The notes: generated from the sequence alone by a model not told the origin. Shown: positions 36,750 to 46,924, numbered from the stretch's first letter. The stretch: DNA of 64,000 nucleotides from Candidatus Omnitrophota bacterium (GCA_015233115.1 JADFYJ010000006.1:65801-129800), one strand, 5' to 3'. Numbers and translations are program-made.

Positions 36750-38402
36750 ATGGCTAAACAATTAATTTATGATGATGAAGCAAGACGCGCGATATTGCGC
36801 GGCGTGGAACAATTGGCCCGCGCTGTCAAAGTGACATTAGGACCAAAAGGCCGTAATGTGGCGATTGACAAAAAATTCGGCTCACCGACTGTCACCAAAG
36901 ACGGTGTGACTGTAGCCAAAGAAGTTGAGTTAGATGACCCATTCGAAAATATGGGCGCGCAAATGGTCAAAGAAGTCGCTGAAAAAACTTCTGATATCGC
37001 TGGCGATGGTACTACCACAGCCACCATTTTGGCTGAAGCGATTTATAAGGAAGGTTTGAAAAACGTAACAGCCGGCGCTAATCCAATGGCTTTAAAACGC
37101 GGTATTGATAAAGCCGTGATTAAAGTGATTGAAAAAATTGGTAAATTAGCCAAGAAAATTGATGCCCGCAACACTAAAGAAGTTGAACAAGTGGCATGCA
37201 TCGCGGCTAACGGTGATGCTGAGATCGGTAAAAAAATTGCTGAAGCTTTCGACAAAGTAGGCAAAGATGCTCCAATTACGGTCGAAGAATCTAAAACCAT
37301 CCATACTGAATTAAAAGTGGTTGAAGGGATGCAATTCGATCAAGGATATCTTTCTCCGTATTTTTCAACAGATATGGAAAAGATGACTTGCTCAATGGAA
37401 GATCCTTTCATTTTGATCTACGAAAAAAAGATCTCCAATATTAAAGACATGCTTCCGCTTTTGGAAAAAGTCGCTAAAGCTGGCCGTTCTTTAGTCATTA
37501 TCGCTGAAGATGTGGAAGGTGAAGCATTAGCTACTTTAGTTGTGAACAATATGCGCAAAACCTTATCTTGCGTAGCTGTTAAAGCTCCGGGTTATGGCGA
37601 TCGTCGTAAGGCGATGTTGGAAGATATCGCTGTTTTGACCGGCGGCAAAGCTATTACGGAAGAATTAGGTATCAAGTTAGAAAATGTGAATGAAACTTAT
37701 TTAGGAAGCGCAAAAAAAGTGCAGGTTGATAAAGATAATACCACCATCGTAGAAGGTCACGGCGATCAAACCGCGATCAAAGGCCGTATTAAACAAATCA
37801 CCGCGCAGATTGACGCGACTGATTCTTCTTATGATAAAGAAAAATTAGTAGAGCGCAAAGCTAAATTAGCCGGTGGCGTGGCCATTATCAGTATCGGTGC
37901 TGCGACTGAAACCGAAATGAAAGAAAAGAAAGCCCGCGTAGAAGACGCGTTACATGCAACCCGCGCGGCCTTAGAAGAAGGTATTGTTCCTGGAGGCGGA
38001 GTGGCATTACTGCGCACCTTAGGTGTATTCGATACTTTGAAATTAGATGGCGACGAGAAAACCGGCGCGGAAATTGTTAAACGCGCGATAGAAGAACCGA
38101 TCCGCCAATTAGCCAAGAATGCTGGTGTCGAAGGTTCTGTGATTGTCGACAAATTAAAGAATGAAAAAGATAACATTGGTTATGACATGAACAAAGATGT
38201 TTACGGCGACATGATCGAATCCGGTATTATCGATCCGGCCAAGGTGACCCGTACTGCGTTACAAAACGCCGCATCTATCGCGTCATTATTGTTAACCACT
38301 GAAGCCTTAATTACTGACCTTCCTGAAAAAGATAAGGGCGGAATGCCGGGTGGAATGCCTCCGGGTATGGGCGGCATGGGTGGCATGGGCGGAATGATGT
38401 AA
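36750..38402 (+). CDS. groEL: Chaperonin GroEL
   Basis: [24 protein letters not shown] and GGM tail. Confidence 0.98.
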   Translation: MAKQLIYDDEARRAILRGVEQLARAVKVTLGPKGRNVAIDKKFGSPTVTKDGVTVAKEVELDDPFENMGAQMVKEVAEKTSDIAGDGTTTATILAEAIYKEGLKNVTAGANPMALKRGIDKAVIKVIEKIGKLAKKIDARNTKEVEQVACIAANGDAEIGKKIAEAFDKVGKDAPITVEESKTIHTELKVVEGMQFDQGYLSPYFSTDMEKMTCSMEDPFILIYEKKISNIKDMLPLLEKVAKAGRSLVIIAEDVEGEALATLVVNNMRKTLSCVAVKAPGYGDRRKAMLEDIAVLTGGKAITEELGIKLENVNETYLGSAKKVQVDKDNTTIVEGHGDQTAIKGRIKQITAQIDATDSSYDKEKLVERKAKLAGGVAIISIGAATETEMKEKKARVEDALHATRAALEEGIVPGGGVALLRTLGVFDTLKLDGDEKTGAEIVKRAIEEPIRQLAKNAGVEGSVIVDKLKNEKDNIGYDMNKDVYGDMIESGIIDPAKVTRTALQNAASIASLLLTTEALITDLPEKDKGGMPGGMPPGMGGMGGMGGMM

Positions 38403-38506
38403 AAAAAATGGTGTCTGCTCTCGACTAAAAAACATAAGACAGCGCTTTGCGCTGTCTTATGTTTTTTAAACAAGTGTTTAAAGTCGAGATCTGACACCAT
38501 TTTTTT
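38402..38506. repeat. Long imperfect palindrome: GGTGTC/GACACC site enclosing a terminator-like hairpin
   Basis: AAAATGGTGTCTG.CTCGACT ... AAAAAACATAAGACAGCGC-TTT-GCGCTGTCTTATGTTTTTT ... AGTCGAGATCTGACACCATTTT. Confidence 0.8.
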
Positions 38507-39689
38507 GGAAGATAGACAAGCAACAAAAAACAAAATAACATCAACAATCGCTTCTAATCTATCTTCTCCCGTCTATTCTCTATCATCTGACAATTTAGCC
38601 ATTCCTCCAGATCTATTAAGCAAGGTCTGGATCGTTCCAGCCCACGCGAAAGTGTATGAAAACGGCTCAACTGCGTATGTGGTAGAGGCTAAATTGAAGG
38701 TCATGCTGGAAGATGAATATTTTAAAGAAAATAGAAAAGAGAAAATAGACGATAGACAAGCCACAAAAAACAAAACAACATCATCAGCCGCTTCTAATCT
38801 ATCTTCTCCCATCTATCGTCTATCATCTTTTACAAAACAAATTATCATTCCTGCCATAGAAAAAGAAGTCAATGAAGGCGCGCATTTTGCCCAGCTTCGG
38901 CAAATTTATAGCGCTATGGTTTTGGCTACCTGGTATAAACAAAGAATGAAAGAGTCTCTGCTCGGCCAAATCTTTGTTAATAAAAATAAAACCAAAGGGT
39001 TTGATACGAGCGACAAACAGATCACCCGAAAAATTTATGACCAGTATTTAGAATCTTTTAAAAAAGGTGTGGCGAATTATATTAAAGAAGAATATGACCC
39101 TCTTAAACAGGAAATGGTCAGCCGCAAATATTTTACCGGTGGAGAGGATTATGCTCAGTTGAATGAGACAACAGCAATTGTTCCTATAAGTCAAATCTCG
39201 GATCAGGATAAAGCGGTTTTAAGTCAAACGAATAACAGTTTGGTCGTAGTTTCTTTGCATGAACTGAATGTTAGTCTGAAAGGGGCGAATCAAGTTGTCA
39301 GAGAACAAGTTATTCATCCGGAAATGGTAGAAGAACTTTGGCGGCGAATTCAAGAAATTGATAGACGCTTATCTATTTCCAGAGCGGCTATGAATGGTGA
39401 AAAAGTAGCAATAACAAATATTTTTGAAGAATTATTGCGTATTATAAATTTTGATAAGAAAAATTTAACTACAGGAAAAGATCAAAAAAATCAATTAACA
39501 TTGCTAAAACGCGCTAAAATTGCGGCATTTTACGTAATTTTGAATGCCGGCTCAGATAAGATTCACCGTGTTGAAATCCGCACATTCATAAAATCCTTGA
39601 CTCTGGACCATCGGTGTTTTAAAGTTTCAAAAGTGTTATACATGGCGTATCCTTTCTGTTCTGGGCTGACATGGGTCAACCCTGGTTGA
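38505..39689 (+). pseudogene. 5'-truncated paralog of the giant-protein N-terminal domain
   Basis: Shares SKVWIVP, AKLKV, I(I/L)PAIEKxVNEG, LRQIY, LATW, IKEEYDP and (K/Q)YFTGG with 54964-63054, but lacks the signal peptide and the first ~160 aa; TTG start with no clear RBS. Confidence 0.7.
38508..38828 (-). repeat. Two in-frame inverted-microsatellite elements (ATAGA-type unit)
   Basis: 38511-38588 and 38751-38828 match at 70 of 78 nt; minus strand reads AGATGAT-AGAGAAT-AGACGGG-AGAAGAT-AGATT-AGAAGCGATTG. Confidence 0.8.
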
Positions 39690-39731
39690 TATATCCAAAC
39701 AGAAAGATACGCCTTTTTAAAAATCTTGCAA

Positions 39732-39764
39732 CTGGATCCCCGATTAAAGCGTTCGGGGATGACA
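39732..39764. repeat. GTCATCCCCG-type REP-like hairpin
   Basis: CTGGATCCCCGA-TTAAAGCGT-TCGGGGATGACA. Confidence 0.6.
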
Positions 39765-39813
39765 AAGATCGAATTTACACACTTTATGGTATATCACCTT
39801 AAAAAATCAAAAG

Positions 39814-39842
39814 TTGACAATTGAAGGCAAAACTAATATAGT
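39814..39842 (+). promoter_or_regulatory. Sigma70-type promoter for the guaB-like/guaA genes
   Basis: TTGACA-N17-TATAGT. Confidence 0.65.
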
Positions 39843-39898
39843 ATATCTTTCCAAATAATATATATTTAGCCCTTAAAAGAGATAATAATCGCATAAAC

Positions 39899-39930
39899 AT
39901 GGTGTCTGATCTCGATCTGACACCTTTTTT
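39899..39930. repeat. Compact GGTGTC/GACACC site
   Basis: ATGGTGTCTGATCTCGATCTGACACCTTTTTT, same ends as 38408-38506. Confidence 0.75.
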
Positions 39931-39946
39931 AAAATGGAGGATTTAC

Positions 39947-41107
39947 ATGGGTGAATGGATCGGGATAGACCGGCGGGCTCGTAGATGTTACGGTTTTGAT
40001 GAAATTTCGCTTGTGCCGGGCATGCAAACTATAAATCCCAATGAAGTGGATGTGACTCTTAAAATTGGTAATATGAAATTTGGCATCCCCATTATGGCTG
40101 CGGCCATGGATGGTGTGGTTGATGTGAACTTTTTGATTGCTATGGGTAAGTTAGGCGGTATTGCGGTGTTGAACTTAGACGGTGTTCAGACCCGCTATGA
40201 AGATCCCAGCCAGATTTTAAATGAAATCGCAGAAGCTTCGACTGAAAAAGCTACGGAACTTCTTCAAAAATTATATCAGCCCGCTATAAAAGAATCTTTG
40301 ATTTCAAAACGGATTGAGCAGATTAAAGCGGCGAATGTACCGGCTTTTATCAGCTGTATTCCTCAGCACGCGGAACGTTTTGGTAAAATATCTCAAGAAG
40401 CCGGGGCAGACTGCTTTGTGGTTCAATCCCAGGTATCTTCAGCCAAACATATTTCCACGGAATATAAAGTGTGTGATTACGGTGAGTTATGTTCGGGATT
40501 AAAAATTCCGGTTATGATTGGTAATGCTGTTACATACAAAATGACGTTATCTCTTTTGGAATTAGGCGCCAGCGGGGTTTTGATTGGTGTTGGTCCTGGA
40601 GCGGCATGTACGACCCGCGGGGTGTTGGGAATTGGTGTACCGCAGATTACAGCTACGATAGACGCGTCAGCAGCCCGCGATCATTATTATAAGAGGACCG
40701 GACGCTATGTTCCGATTATCACAGATGGCGGCATGCGTATAGGAGGAGAAATTTGTAAAGCTTTTGCTTCAGGTGCTGACGGGGTCATGGTCGGGTCGGC
40801 TTTTGCTAAAGCGAAAGAAGCTCCGGGCCATGGTAATCATTGGGGTATGGCTACGTCTCACGCGAATTTACCACGCGGTACACGGGTCAGGGTGGGAACG
40901 ACCGGAACTTTAGAGCAAATTCTTTTGGGACCAGCGAATGTGGATGATGGTTCACAAAATTTGGTCGGTGCTTTAAAAACGTCCATGGGATCTTTGGGTG
41001 CTAAAAATTTGAAAGAAATGCATGATGTGGAGATGATTATTGCTCCATCGATTCAGACCGAAGGAAAAGTGTTTCAGGTAGGCCAGCGGGTGGGGATGGG
41101 GAAATAG
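39947..41107 (+). CDS. IMP dehydrogenase-related protein (GuaB3 type, no CBS domains)
   Basis: YGFDEISLVP, AAAMDGVVD, GVGPGAACTTR, TDGG and WGMAT motifs; upstream of guaA; GGAGG RBS before ATG 39947. Confidence 0.88.
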   Translation: MGEWIGIDRRARRCYGFDEISLVPGMQTINPNEVDVTLKIGNMKFGIPIMAAAMDGVVDVNFLIAMGKLGGIAVLNLDGVQTRYEDPSQILNEIAEASTEKATELLQKLYQPAIKESLISKRIEQIKAANVPAFISCIPQHAERFGKISQEAGADCFVVQSQVSSAKHISTEYKVCDYGELCSGLKIPVMIGNAVTYKMTLSLLELGASGVLIGVGPGAACTTRGVLGIGVPQITATIDASAARDHYYKRTGRYVPIITDGGMRIGGEICKAFASGADGVMVGSAFAKAKEAPGHGNHWGMATSHANLPRGTRVRVGTTGTLEQILLGPANVDDGSQNLVGALKTSMGSLGAKNLKEMHDVEMIIAPSIQTEGKVFQVGQRVGMGK

Positions 41108-41114
41108 TGAAACA

Positions 41115-41275
41115 GTATGTGGTATGTGGCATGTAGTATGTAGTATGTAGTATGTAGTATGTAGGGAAAAGCGATTGGTGTGAAATGCTATGGAGAACTC
41201 AGCTCTTCCTGTATAAAAATTTTTTTTATATTTTTTAATTTTTTTACTACATACGACATACTACGAACTACATAC
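41115..41275. repeat. Inverted-microsatellite element, GTATGT type
   Basis: Seven GTATGT(A/G)-like units then GGAAAAGCGATTG; right TACTACA-TACGACA-TACTACG-AACTACA-TAC. Confidence 0.92.
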
Positions 41276-41290
41276 TATCAAAACTATTAA

Positions 41291-43036
41291 ATGAGGCATG
41301 CATCTATGGTAAAAAAACAAGTGAAAAAAGAACAAAAAAAACAGGCAGTCGCAGCGAAAAAGCAAGTGATGAAACCCGCACAAGTCATGAAACCGGCTAA
41401 ACGTAAAGGCCTTTTTAGATCTGGCCATCATGCTGGACTTGGATCTAAGGTCAAGGTCAAAGGTTTTGGACTTTCTGTCCGGGTTAAAAAACAGAAAAGC
41501 AAAGATCTGATCATTGTGCTTGATTTTGGTTCTCAATATACTCAGCTGATTGCCCGGCGTATCCGCGAAGCTAAAGTATACAGCAAGATTGTTCCTTACA
41601 CTATTACGGTAGATGAAATAAAAGAGATGCAGCCGAAAGGGATTATTTTGTCCGGCGGGCCGATGAGCGTTTATGATCAAGGCGCGCCTATTCCTCAAAA
41701 AGGGTTATTCGAATTAGGCATTCCGGTTTTGGGTATTTGTTACGGGATGCAGGTGATTAGTCATATATTCGGTGGAAAAGTTCAGGGAAGTAAAGAACGC
41801 GAATTTGGACGCGCGGAGTTATTTGTGGATAGTAATTTAGATTTGTTCGCGAATCTACCGACGAACATGACCTGCTGGATGAGTCACAGCGATGAAATCA
41901 AGGTTATGCCAAAAGGTTTCATGAAGATTGCCCATACTCTGAACGCGGAAGTCGCGGCGATTGCTAACCGGAGTAAGAAAATATATGGGGTACAGTTTCA
42001 TCCGGAAGTTATTCACACGCAGCGCGGCGCTCAGATATTGAGCAACTTCGCGAATAGTATTTGTGGATGTTTACCTCGTTGGACCATGGATAAATTTATT
42101 GATAATGCTATCCGTTTGATTAAAGAACAGGTTAAAGATGGCAAAGTGGTGTTGGGTTTAAGCGGCGGAGTTGATTCATCCGTGGCTGCGATTTTACTTC
42201 ATAAAGCCATAGGGAACCGTTTGTATTGCATTTTTGTTGATAACGGTCTTTTGCGTAAAGATGAAGCGTCTAAAGTTCAAAAAACTTTTAAGACTAACTT
42301 TAACATGAACATGAGCACAGTGAACGCTGAAACCAATTTCTTGAAGCGGTTGAAAGGCGTGACTGATCCGGAAGAAAAACGTAAAATTATTGGCGATGAA
42401 TTTATCAATGTGTTCACGGAAAAAGCCAATAAGATTAAGAATGTAAAATTTTTAGCTCAAGGCACATTATATCCTGACGTGATCGAATCCATATCACCCA
42501 AAGGCGGGCCTTCAGCTGTGATCAAGTCGCATCACAATGTGGGCGGGCTTCCTAAGTCTTTGAAAATGGAATTGATTGAGCCTTTTAGAGAATTGTTTAA
42601 AGATGAAGTGCGAATTATCGGCAAACATTTGGCTATGCCGGATACAGTGTTGAACCGTCAGCCATTCCCAGGACCTGGATTAGGAATACGTATTTTGGGC
42701 GAGGTTACGCGCGAACGTTTGGAGATTTTGCGCGAAGCCGATGAACGGGTGGTGGAAGAGATTAAAAAAGCTGGTTTATATAATCAAGTATGGCAGTCAT
42801 TCGCGGTATTGCTTCCGGTCAAGACTGTTGGAGTCATGGGTGACCAGCGTACATATGAAAATGTCATCGCGATCCGCTGCGTGACTAGTATTGACGGCAT
42901 GACAGCTGACTGGGCGCAAATTCCTTATGAAGTGTTAGGAAAAATATCCAATCGCATTATCAATGAAGTCAAAGGCGTGAATCGTGTCGTATATGACATT
43001 AGCTCGAAACCGCCGGCAACGATTGAGTGGGAATAG
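41291..43036 (+). CDS. guaA: GMP synthase (glutamine-hydrolysing) with a basic N-terminal extension
   Basis: [39 protein letters not shown] and KPPATIEWE motifs; exact start uncertain. Confidence 0.95.
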   Translation: MRHASMVKKQVKKEQKKQAVAAKKQVMKPAQVMKPAKRKGLFRSGHHAGLGSKVKVKGFGLSVRVKKQKSKDLIIVLDFGSQYTQLIARRIREAKVYSKIVPYTITVDEIKEMQPKGIILSGGPMSVYDQGAPIPQKGLFELGIPVLGICYGMQVISHIFGGKVQGSKEREFGRAELFVDSNLDLFANLPTNMTCWMSHSDEIKVMPKGFMKIAHTLNAEVAAIANRSKKIYGVQFHPEVIHTQRGAQILSNFANSICGCLPRWTMDKFIDNAIRLIKEQVKDGKVVLGLSGGVDSSVAAILLHKAIGNRLYCIFVDNGLLRKDEASKVQKTFKTNFNMNMSTVNAETNFLKRLKGVTDPEEKRKIIGDEFINVFTEKANKIKNVKFLAQGTLYPDVIESISPKGGPSAVIKSHHNVGGLPKSLKMELIEPFRELFKDEVRIIGKHLAMPDTVLNRQPFPGPGLGIRILGEVTRERLEILREADERVVEEIKKAGLYNQVWQSFAVLLPVKTVGVMGDQRTYENVIAIRCVTSIDGMTADWAQIPYEVLGKISNRIINEVKGVNRVVYDISSKPPATIEWE

Positions 43037-43042
43037 GAAAAA

Positions 43043-43464
43043 GTAACCGAGTAACCGAGTAACAGAGTGACAAAGAAAAAACGATTAATGCTAAAAACGT
43101 CTATGGGAAAAAGGTTACAAGATATAGGCAAAAAAATATATTTGGATGATAGAAAACAAGCAATAGGAAAAATTGTATTTAATTTGTTAATTTTGTGATT
43201 TTGGTTTAAATTTTATATAAGATTATTAATTATTTATATTATTGTTTTTATCGGTTGTTTTGGGTTTTTATGGTTGCTATAATTTTTAAATTTTATTTTA
43301 GGTTTGTAAGGCTATTTTTTTAATTTTTGGGTTATTGATAACCTTTCACTTTGTTGCTTTTTGAGGGGATTTTTGTAATTTTTTAAAGCTTTATTTTTTT
43401 TTGTTTTTTTAAAGTTTTATTATAAATTTTGCTCTGTTACTCGGTTACTCGGTTACTTTGTTAC
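43043..43464. repeat. Longest inverted-microsatellite element, GTAAC type (422 bp)
   Basis: GTAACCGA-GTAACCGA-GTAACAGA-GTGACAAA-GAAAAAACGATT ... TCTGTTAC-TCGGTTAC-TCGGTTAC-TTTGTTAC. Confidence 0.92.
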
Positions 43465-43489
43465 TCTTTTACGAGCTGCCCATTTTAAT

Positions 43490-46400
43490 ATGTCCAATTT
43501 CGTCCATCTTCATGTCCACACCCAATATAGTCTTCTCGACGGTGCTTGTCGGGTAGATGACATTATGCGTAAAGCTGTTGAATATCAGATGCCAGCTGTG
43601 GCCATGACGGATCATGGCAACATGTTCGGCGCTCTGGATTTTTATTTAGCGGCTAAGAAGAAAAATATTAAGCCTATCTTGGGCTGCGAAGGATATGTCG
43701 TAAAAAAAGGCAGCCGGTTTGACCGCTCCAATGAACAACGGGGGAATTTGTCGCATCTCGTCCTGTTCGCCAAAAATAATCAAGGGTATCACAATCTCAT
43801 TAAATTAGTTTCGCATGGTTATCTGGACGGATTTTATTATCATCCGCGCATGGATAAAGAATTGCTGGCTCAGCATTCAGAAGGATTGATCGCCTCATCC
43901 GCGTGTTTAAAAGGGGAAATCGCGCAATGCATCAGAGACGGCAATTTTAATTCCGCGTTAAAAATCGCGGATGAAATGCAATCATTATTCGGACGGGGAA
44001 ATTTTTATCTTGAACTCATGGACCATGGGATTTCCGAACAAATGGTGGTGAACCGGGAAATTTTAAAAATCGCCAAAACTTTGGATATACCGGTGATCGC
44101 GACCAATGATGTGCATTATATTGAGCAGAGTCAATCCCGCGCGCATGACGCGCTGTTATGTATCCAAACGCAAACCACTCTCGATGATCCCAAGCGGATG
44201 CGCATGTCGTCCGACCAGTTTTATTTCAAAAGTCCGGATGAAATGTTTTATCTTTTTAAGGAAGTTCCAGAGGCATTGTCGAATACGTTAAAGATCGCGG
44301 AGCAATGCGCGGTTGATTTTAAATTTGGTGAATATCATCTGCCTGTTTTTACCCCGCCTGAAGGCAAGACTCAATCTCAATATATCCGGGAATTATGTGA
44401 ACAAGGGATGGTTCGCCGTTATCCTAACGCGACACCGGAATTGAAAGAGCGTTTAGATTATGAATTACGGGTTATTGAAAAAATGGGATTCATTCCATAT
44501 TTTTTAATTGTCTGGGATTTTATCGCGTATGCCAAGAGTCAGGGAATTCCGGTTGGTCCAGGCCGCGGTTCTGCCGCCGGAAGTATTATCAGTTATCTGC
44601 TGGGCATTACAGATTTGGATCCGATTAAATACGGTCTTATCTTTGAACGGTTTATGAATCCTGACCGGAAAGGGATGCCGGATATTGATATCGATTTTTG
44701 CTTCGAACGCAGGCAGGAAGTTATTGACTATGTGAACCGCAAGTATGGCAGGGAAAATGTTGCCCAAATTATCACGTTCGGAACTATGAAAGCGAAAGCT
44801 GTGATTCGTGACGTGGGACGGGCTTTTGGCGTCCCTTACTCGGATGTGGACCGGATCGCGAAATTAGTGCCGAACGAATTAGGGATCACGCTTGATCAGG
44901 CTTTGGAAAAAGAACCGAAATTAAAAGAGCTTTGTGAGACGGACCGGGCTGCCGCGGATATTATGGAGATTGCTAAAGTGCTGGAAGGATTGAACCGTCA
45001 CGCCGGAATGCACGCGGCAGGAGTCGTGATCGCGGATAAACCATTGATGGAATATGTGCCGTTGTATAAAACGGCTGATGACCAGATTACGACAGGGTTT
45101 GAAAAAGATTTTGTGGAGAAGATCGGCCTCTTAAAAATGGATTTTCTGGGGCTAAAGACTCTGACGCTTATTCATGACGCTTTGCGGATTATCAAAGAAC
45201 GGAAAAAACTGGATATCAATATTCTTAATATTCCGCTGGATGACAAGAAAACTTTTCAGCTATTGTGTGCGGGAAACGCGTTTGGAGTGTTTCAGTTGGA
45301 AAGCGCGGGTATGCGTGATTTGTTGCGCAAATCTCAACCGGATCAGTTCGAGGATATCATCGCTATTGAAGCGCTTTACCGTCCTGGTCCTATGGGCAGC
45401 GGCATGCTGGATGACTTTGTGAAACGTAAACGCGGGGAAATGTCTTTTCAATATGATCACCCCAAGATGGAGCCGATCCTGAAAGACACTTACGGCATCA
45501 TGGTCTATCAAGAACAGGTTATGAAAATTCCAGTCGCGCTGGCCAATTTTACCATGACTCAGGCAGACCATTTACGCCGGGCTATGAGCAAAAAAGACCA
45601 GGGTGTTATGCAGGACATGCGTAAATCTTTTGTTGAGGGATGCCAGACCCACAGTCAGATTCCGCCGGAAAAAGCGGAACGTTTATTTGATCTGATTGAC
45701 CATTTTTCCGGATATGGTTTTAACCGAAGCCATTCCGCGACTTATGCTTTGATCTCTTATCAGACGGCTTATTTGAAGGCCAATTATCCGGTTGAATTTA
45801 TGTGTGCTTTGCTTAACAGCGAAATTGCGAACACGGATAAAATCGTGGAATACGTCAAAGAAACTGACGCTATGGGAATTGAAGTCCTGCCTCCGGATGT
45901 TAATGAGAGTCAGAAACGGTTTAGTGTGATCAATGAAAAAGCCATCCGTTTTGGATTGTTAGCCATAAAAAATGTCGGAGGGACAGCTATTGACTCTTTG
46001 ATTGAAAACCGGGGCAGCGGGTACAAGACACTTTTTCAATTATGTGAAAAGGCTGATTTGCGTTTAGTCAACAGGAAGGTATTGGAAAGTCTCATTAAAG
46101 CCGGGGCTTTGGATTGTTTAAAAATATTCCGTTCCCAGCTTATGGCTGTGTTGGATCGTCATTTGGAACTGGCGGGAAAGAATCAGAAAGAAAAATCCAG
46201 CGGCCAGGTTTCGTTTTTTGATATTTTGGGAAGTGATAACAGTTTTAATAATGATGTGGGAAAAATTCCTGATATCCGTGAATGGGACAAGAATCAAATG
46301 CTGGCTTTTGAAAAAGAAATTTTGGGCTTTTACGTGAGCGGACATCCTTTGATGCAGTATCAGGTTGAAATACAAGAGTTTACGGGAATGAACACCAAGA

Positions 46401-46918
46401 AATTAAAGGTGGCTTCAGATGGAGAAAATGTCCGGTTGGTCGGCATGATTATAGGTGTTAAATTGACAGTGACGAAACGCACGCAGGAGAGAATGGCGAT
46501 CCTCAAAGTCGAGGATATGGAAGGCGAGACTGAAGTGGTCTTGTTTCCATCAACGTATGAAAAAATCGGCGACCAGATTCTAGACGGAGAAGTGGTTTTT
46601 ATTACCGGAAAGATCAATATCCGCGATGGTTCAGCCAATATTATTGCCGATGACATCAAACATATACATGACATTTATTCGTCGATCAAGGCCATTAATG
46701 TAGATCTGGCTTTTTCCGGAAGGTCCGTATTTGAAAATTTGAAAGACCGTTTGAGCCATTATCCTGGAAGTGTCCCTGTGTATCTTAAAGTAAAAACCAA
46801 AGATAACCGAGCTGTTCAGATTTTAGTAGAAAAAAATCTATACGTTTCCCCGAATGAAAAATTAATGACAGAACTGAAAACGCTGGTAGGCAAAGAGAAT
46901 GTGACCTTGACGTTTTAA
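43490..46918 (+). CDS. dnaE: DNA polymerase III alpha subunit
   Basis: HLHVHTQYSLLDG, GRGSAAGS, PDIDIDF, KMDFLGL and YGFNRSHS motifs; no intein seen. Confidence 0.97.
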   Translation: MSNFVHLHVHTQYSLLDGACRVDDIMRKAVEYQMPAVAMTDHGNMFGALDFYLAAKKKNIKPILGCEGYVVKKGSRFDRSNEQRGNLSHLVLFAKNNQGYHNLIKLVSHGYLDGFYYHPRMDKELLAQHSEGLIASSACLKGEIAQCIRDGNFNSALKIADEMQSLFGRGNFYLELMDHGISEQMVVNREILKIAKTLDIPVIATNDVHYIEQSQSRAHDALLCIQTQTTLDDPKRMRMSSDQFYFKSPDEMFYLFKEVPEALSNTLKIAEQCAVDFKFGEYHLPVFTPPEGKTQSQYIRELCEQGMVRRYPNATPELKERLDYELRVIEKMGFIPYFLIVWDFIAYAKSQGIPVGPGRGSAAGSIISYLLGITDLDPIKYGLIFERFMNPDRKGMPDIDIDFCFERRQEVIDYVNRKYGRENVAQIITFGTMKAKAVIRDVGRAFGVPYSDVDRIAKLVPNELGITLDQALEKEPKLKELCETDRAAADIMEIAKVLEGLNRHAGMHAAGVVIADKPLMEYVPLYKTADDQITTGFEKDFVEKIGLLKMDFLGLKTLTLIHDALRIIKERKKLDINILNIPLDDKKTFQLLCAGNAFGVFQLESAGMRDLLRKSQPDQFEDIIAIEALYRPGPMGSGMLDDFVKRKRGEMSFQYDHPKMEPILKDTYGIMVYQEQVMKIPVALANFTMTQADHLRRAMSKKDQGVMQDMRKSFVEGCQTHSQIPPEKAERLFDLIDHFSGYGFNRSHSATYALISYQTAYLKANYPVEFMCALLNSEIANTDKIVEYVKETDAMGIEVLPPDVNESQKRFSVINEKAIRFGLLAIKNVGGTAIDSLIENRGSGYKTLFQLCEKADLRLVNRKVLESLIKAGALDCLKIFRSQLMAVLDRHLELAGKNQKEKSSGQVSFFDILGSDNSFNNDVGKIPDIREWDKNQMLAFEKEILGFYVSGHPLMQYQVEIQEFTGMNTKKLKVASDGENVRLVGMIIGVKLTVTKRTQERMAILKVEDMEGETEVVLFPSTYEKIGDQILDGEVVFITGKINIRDGSANIIADDIKHIHDIYSSIKAINVDLAFSGRSVFENLKDRLSHYPGSVPVYLKVKTKDNRAVQILVEKNLYVSPNEKLMTELKTLVGKENVTLTF

Positions 46919-46924
46919 AATCGC

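Noticed and set aside
38337-38399. GGCGGAATG/GGCATG tandem repeats at the groEL end
   Set aside because: Ordinary Gly-Gly-Met tail of GroEL.
38511-38828. Near-identical 78-bp pair as a diversity-generating retroelement TR/VR
   Set aside because: Mismatches are not confined to adenines of one copy, both copies are in one ORF, and no reverse transcriptase is in the window.
43075-43432. Intact small gene inside the longest element spacer
   Set aside because: No ORF of 60 aa or more lies within the spacer in the track, and the sequence is T-run dominated; at most an unrecognisable remnant.
1696-43464. Repeats as a CRISPR array
   Set aside because: Units are 7-8 nt, directly tandem and inverted between arms, with no 25-40 nt repeat/unique spacer periodicity and no cas genes.
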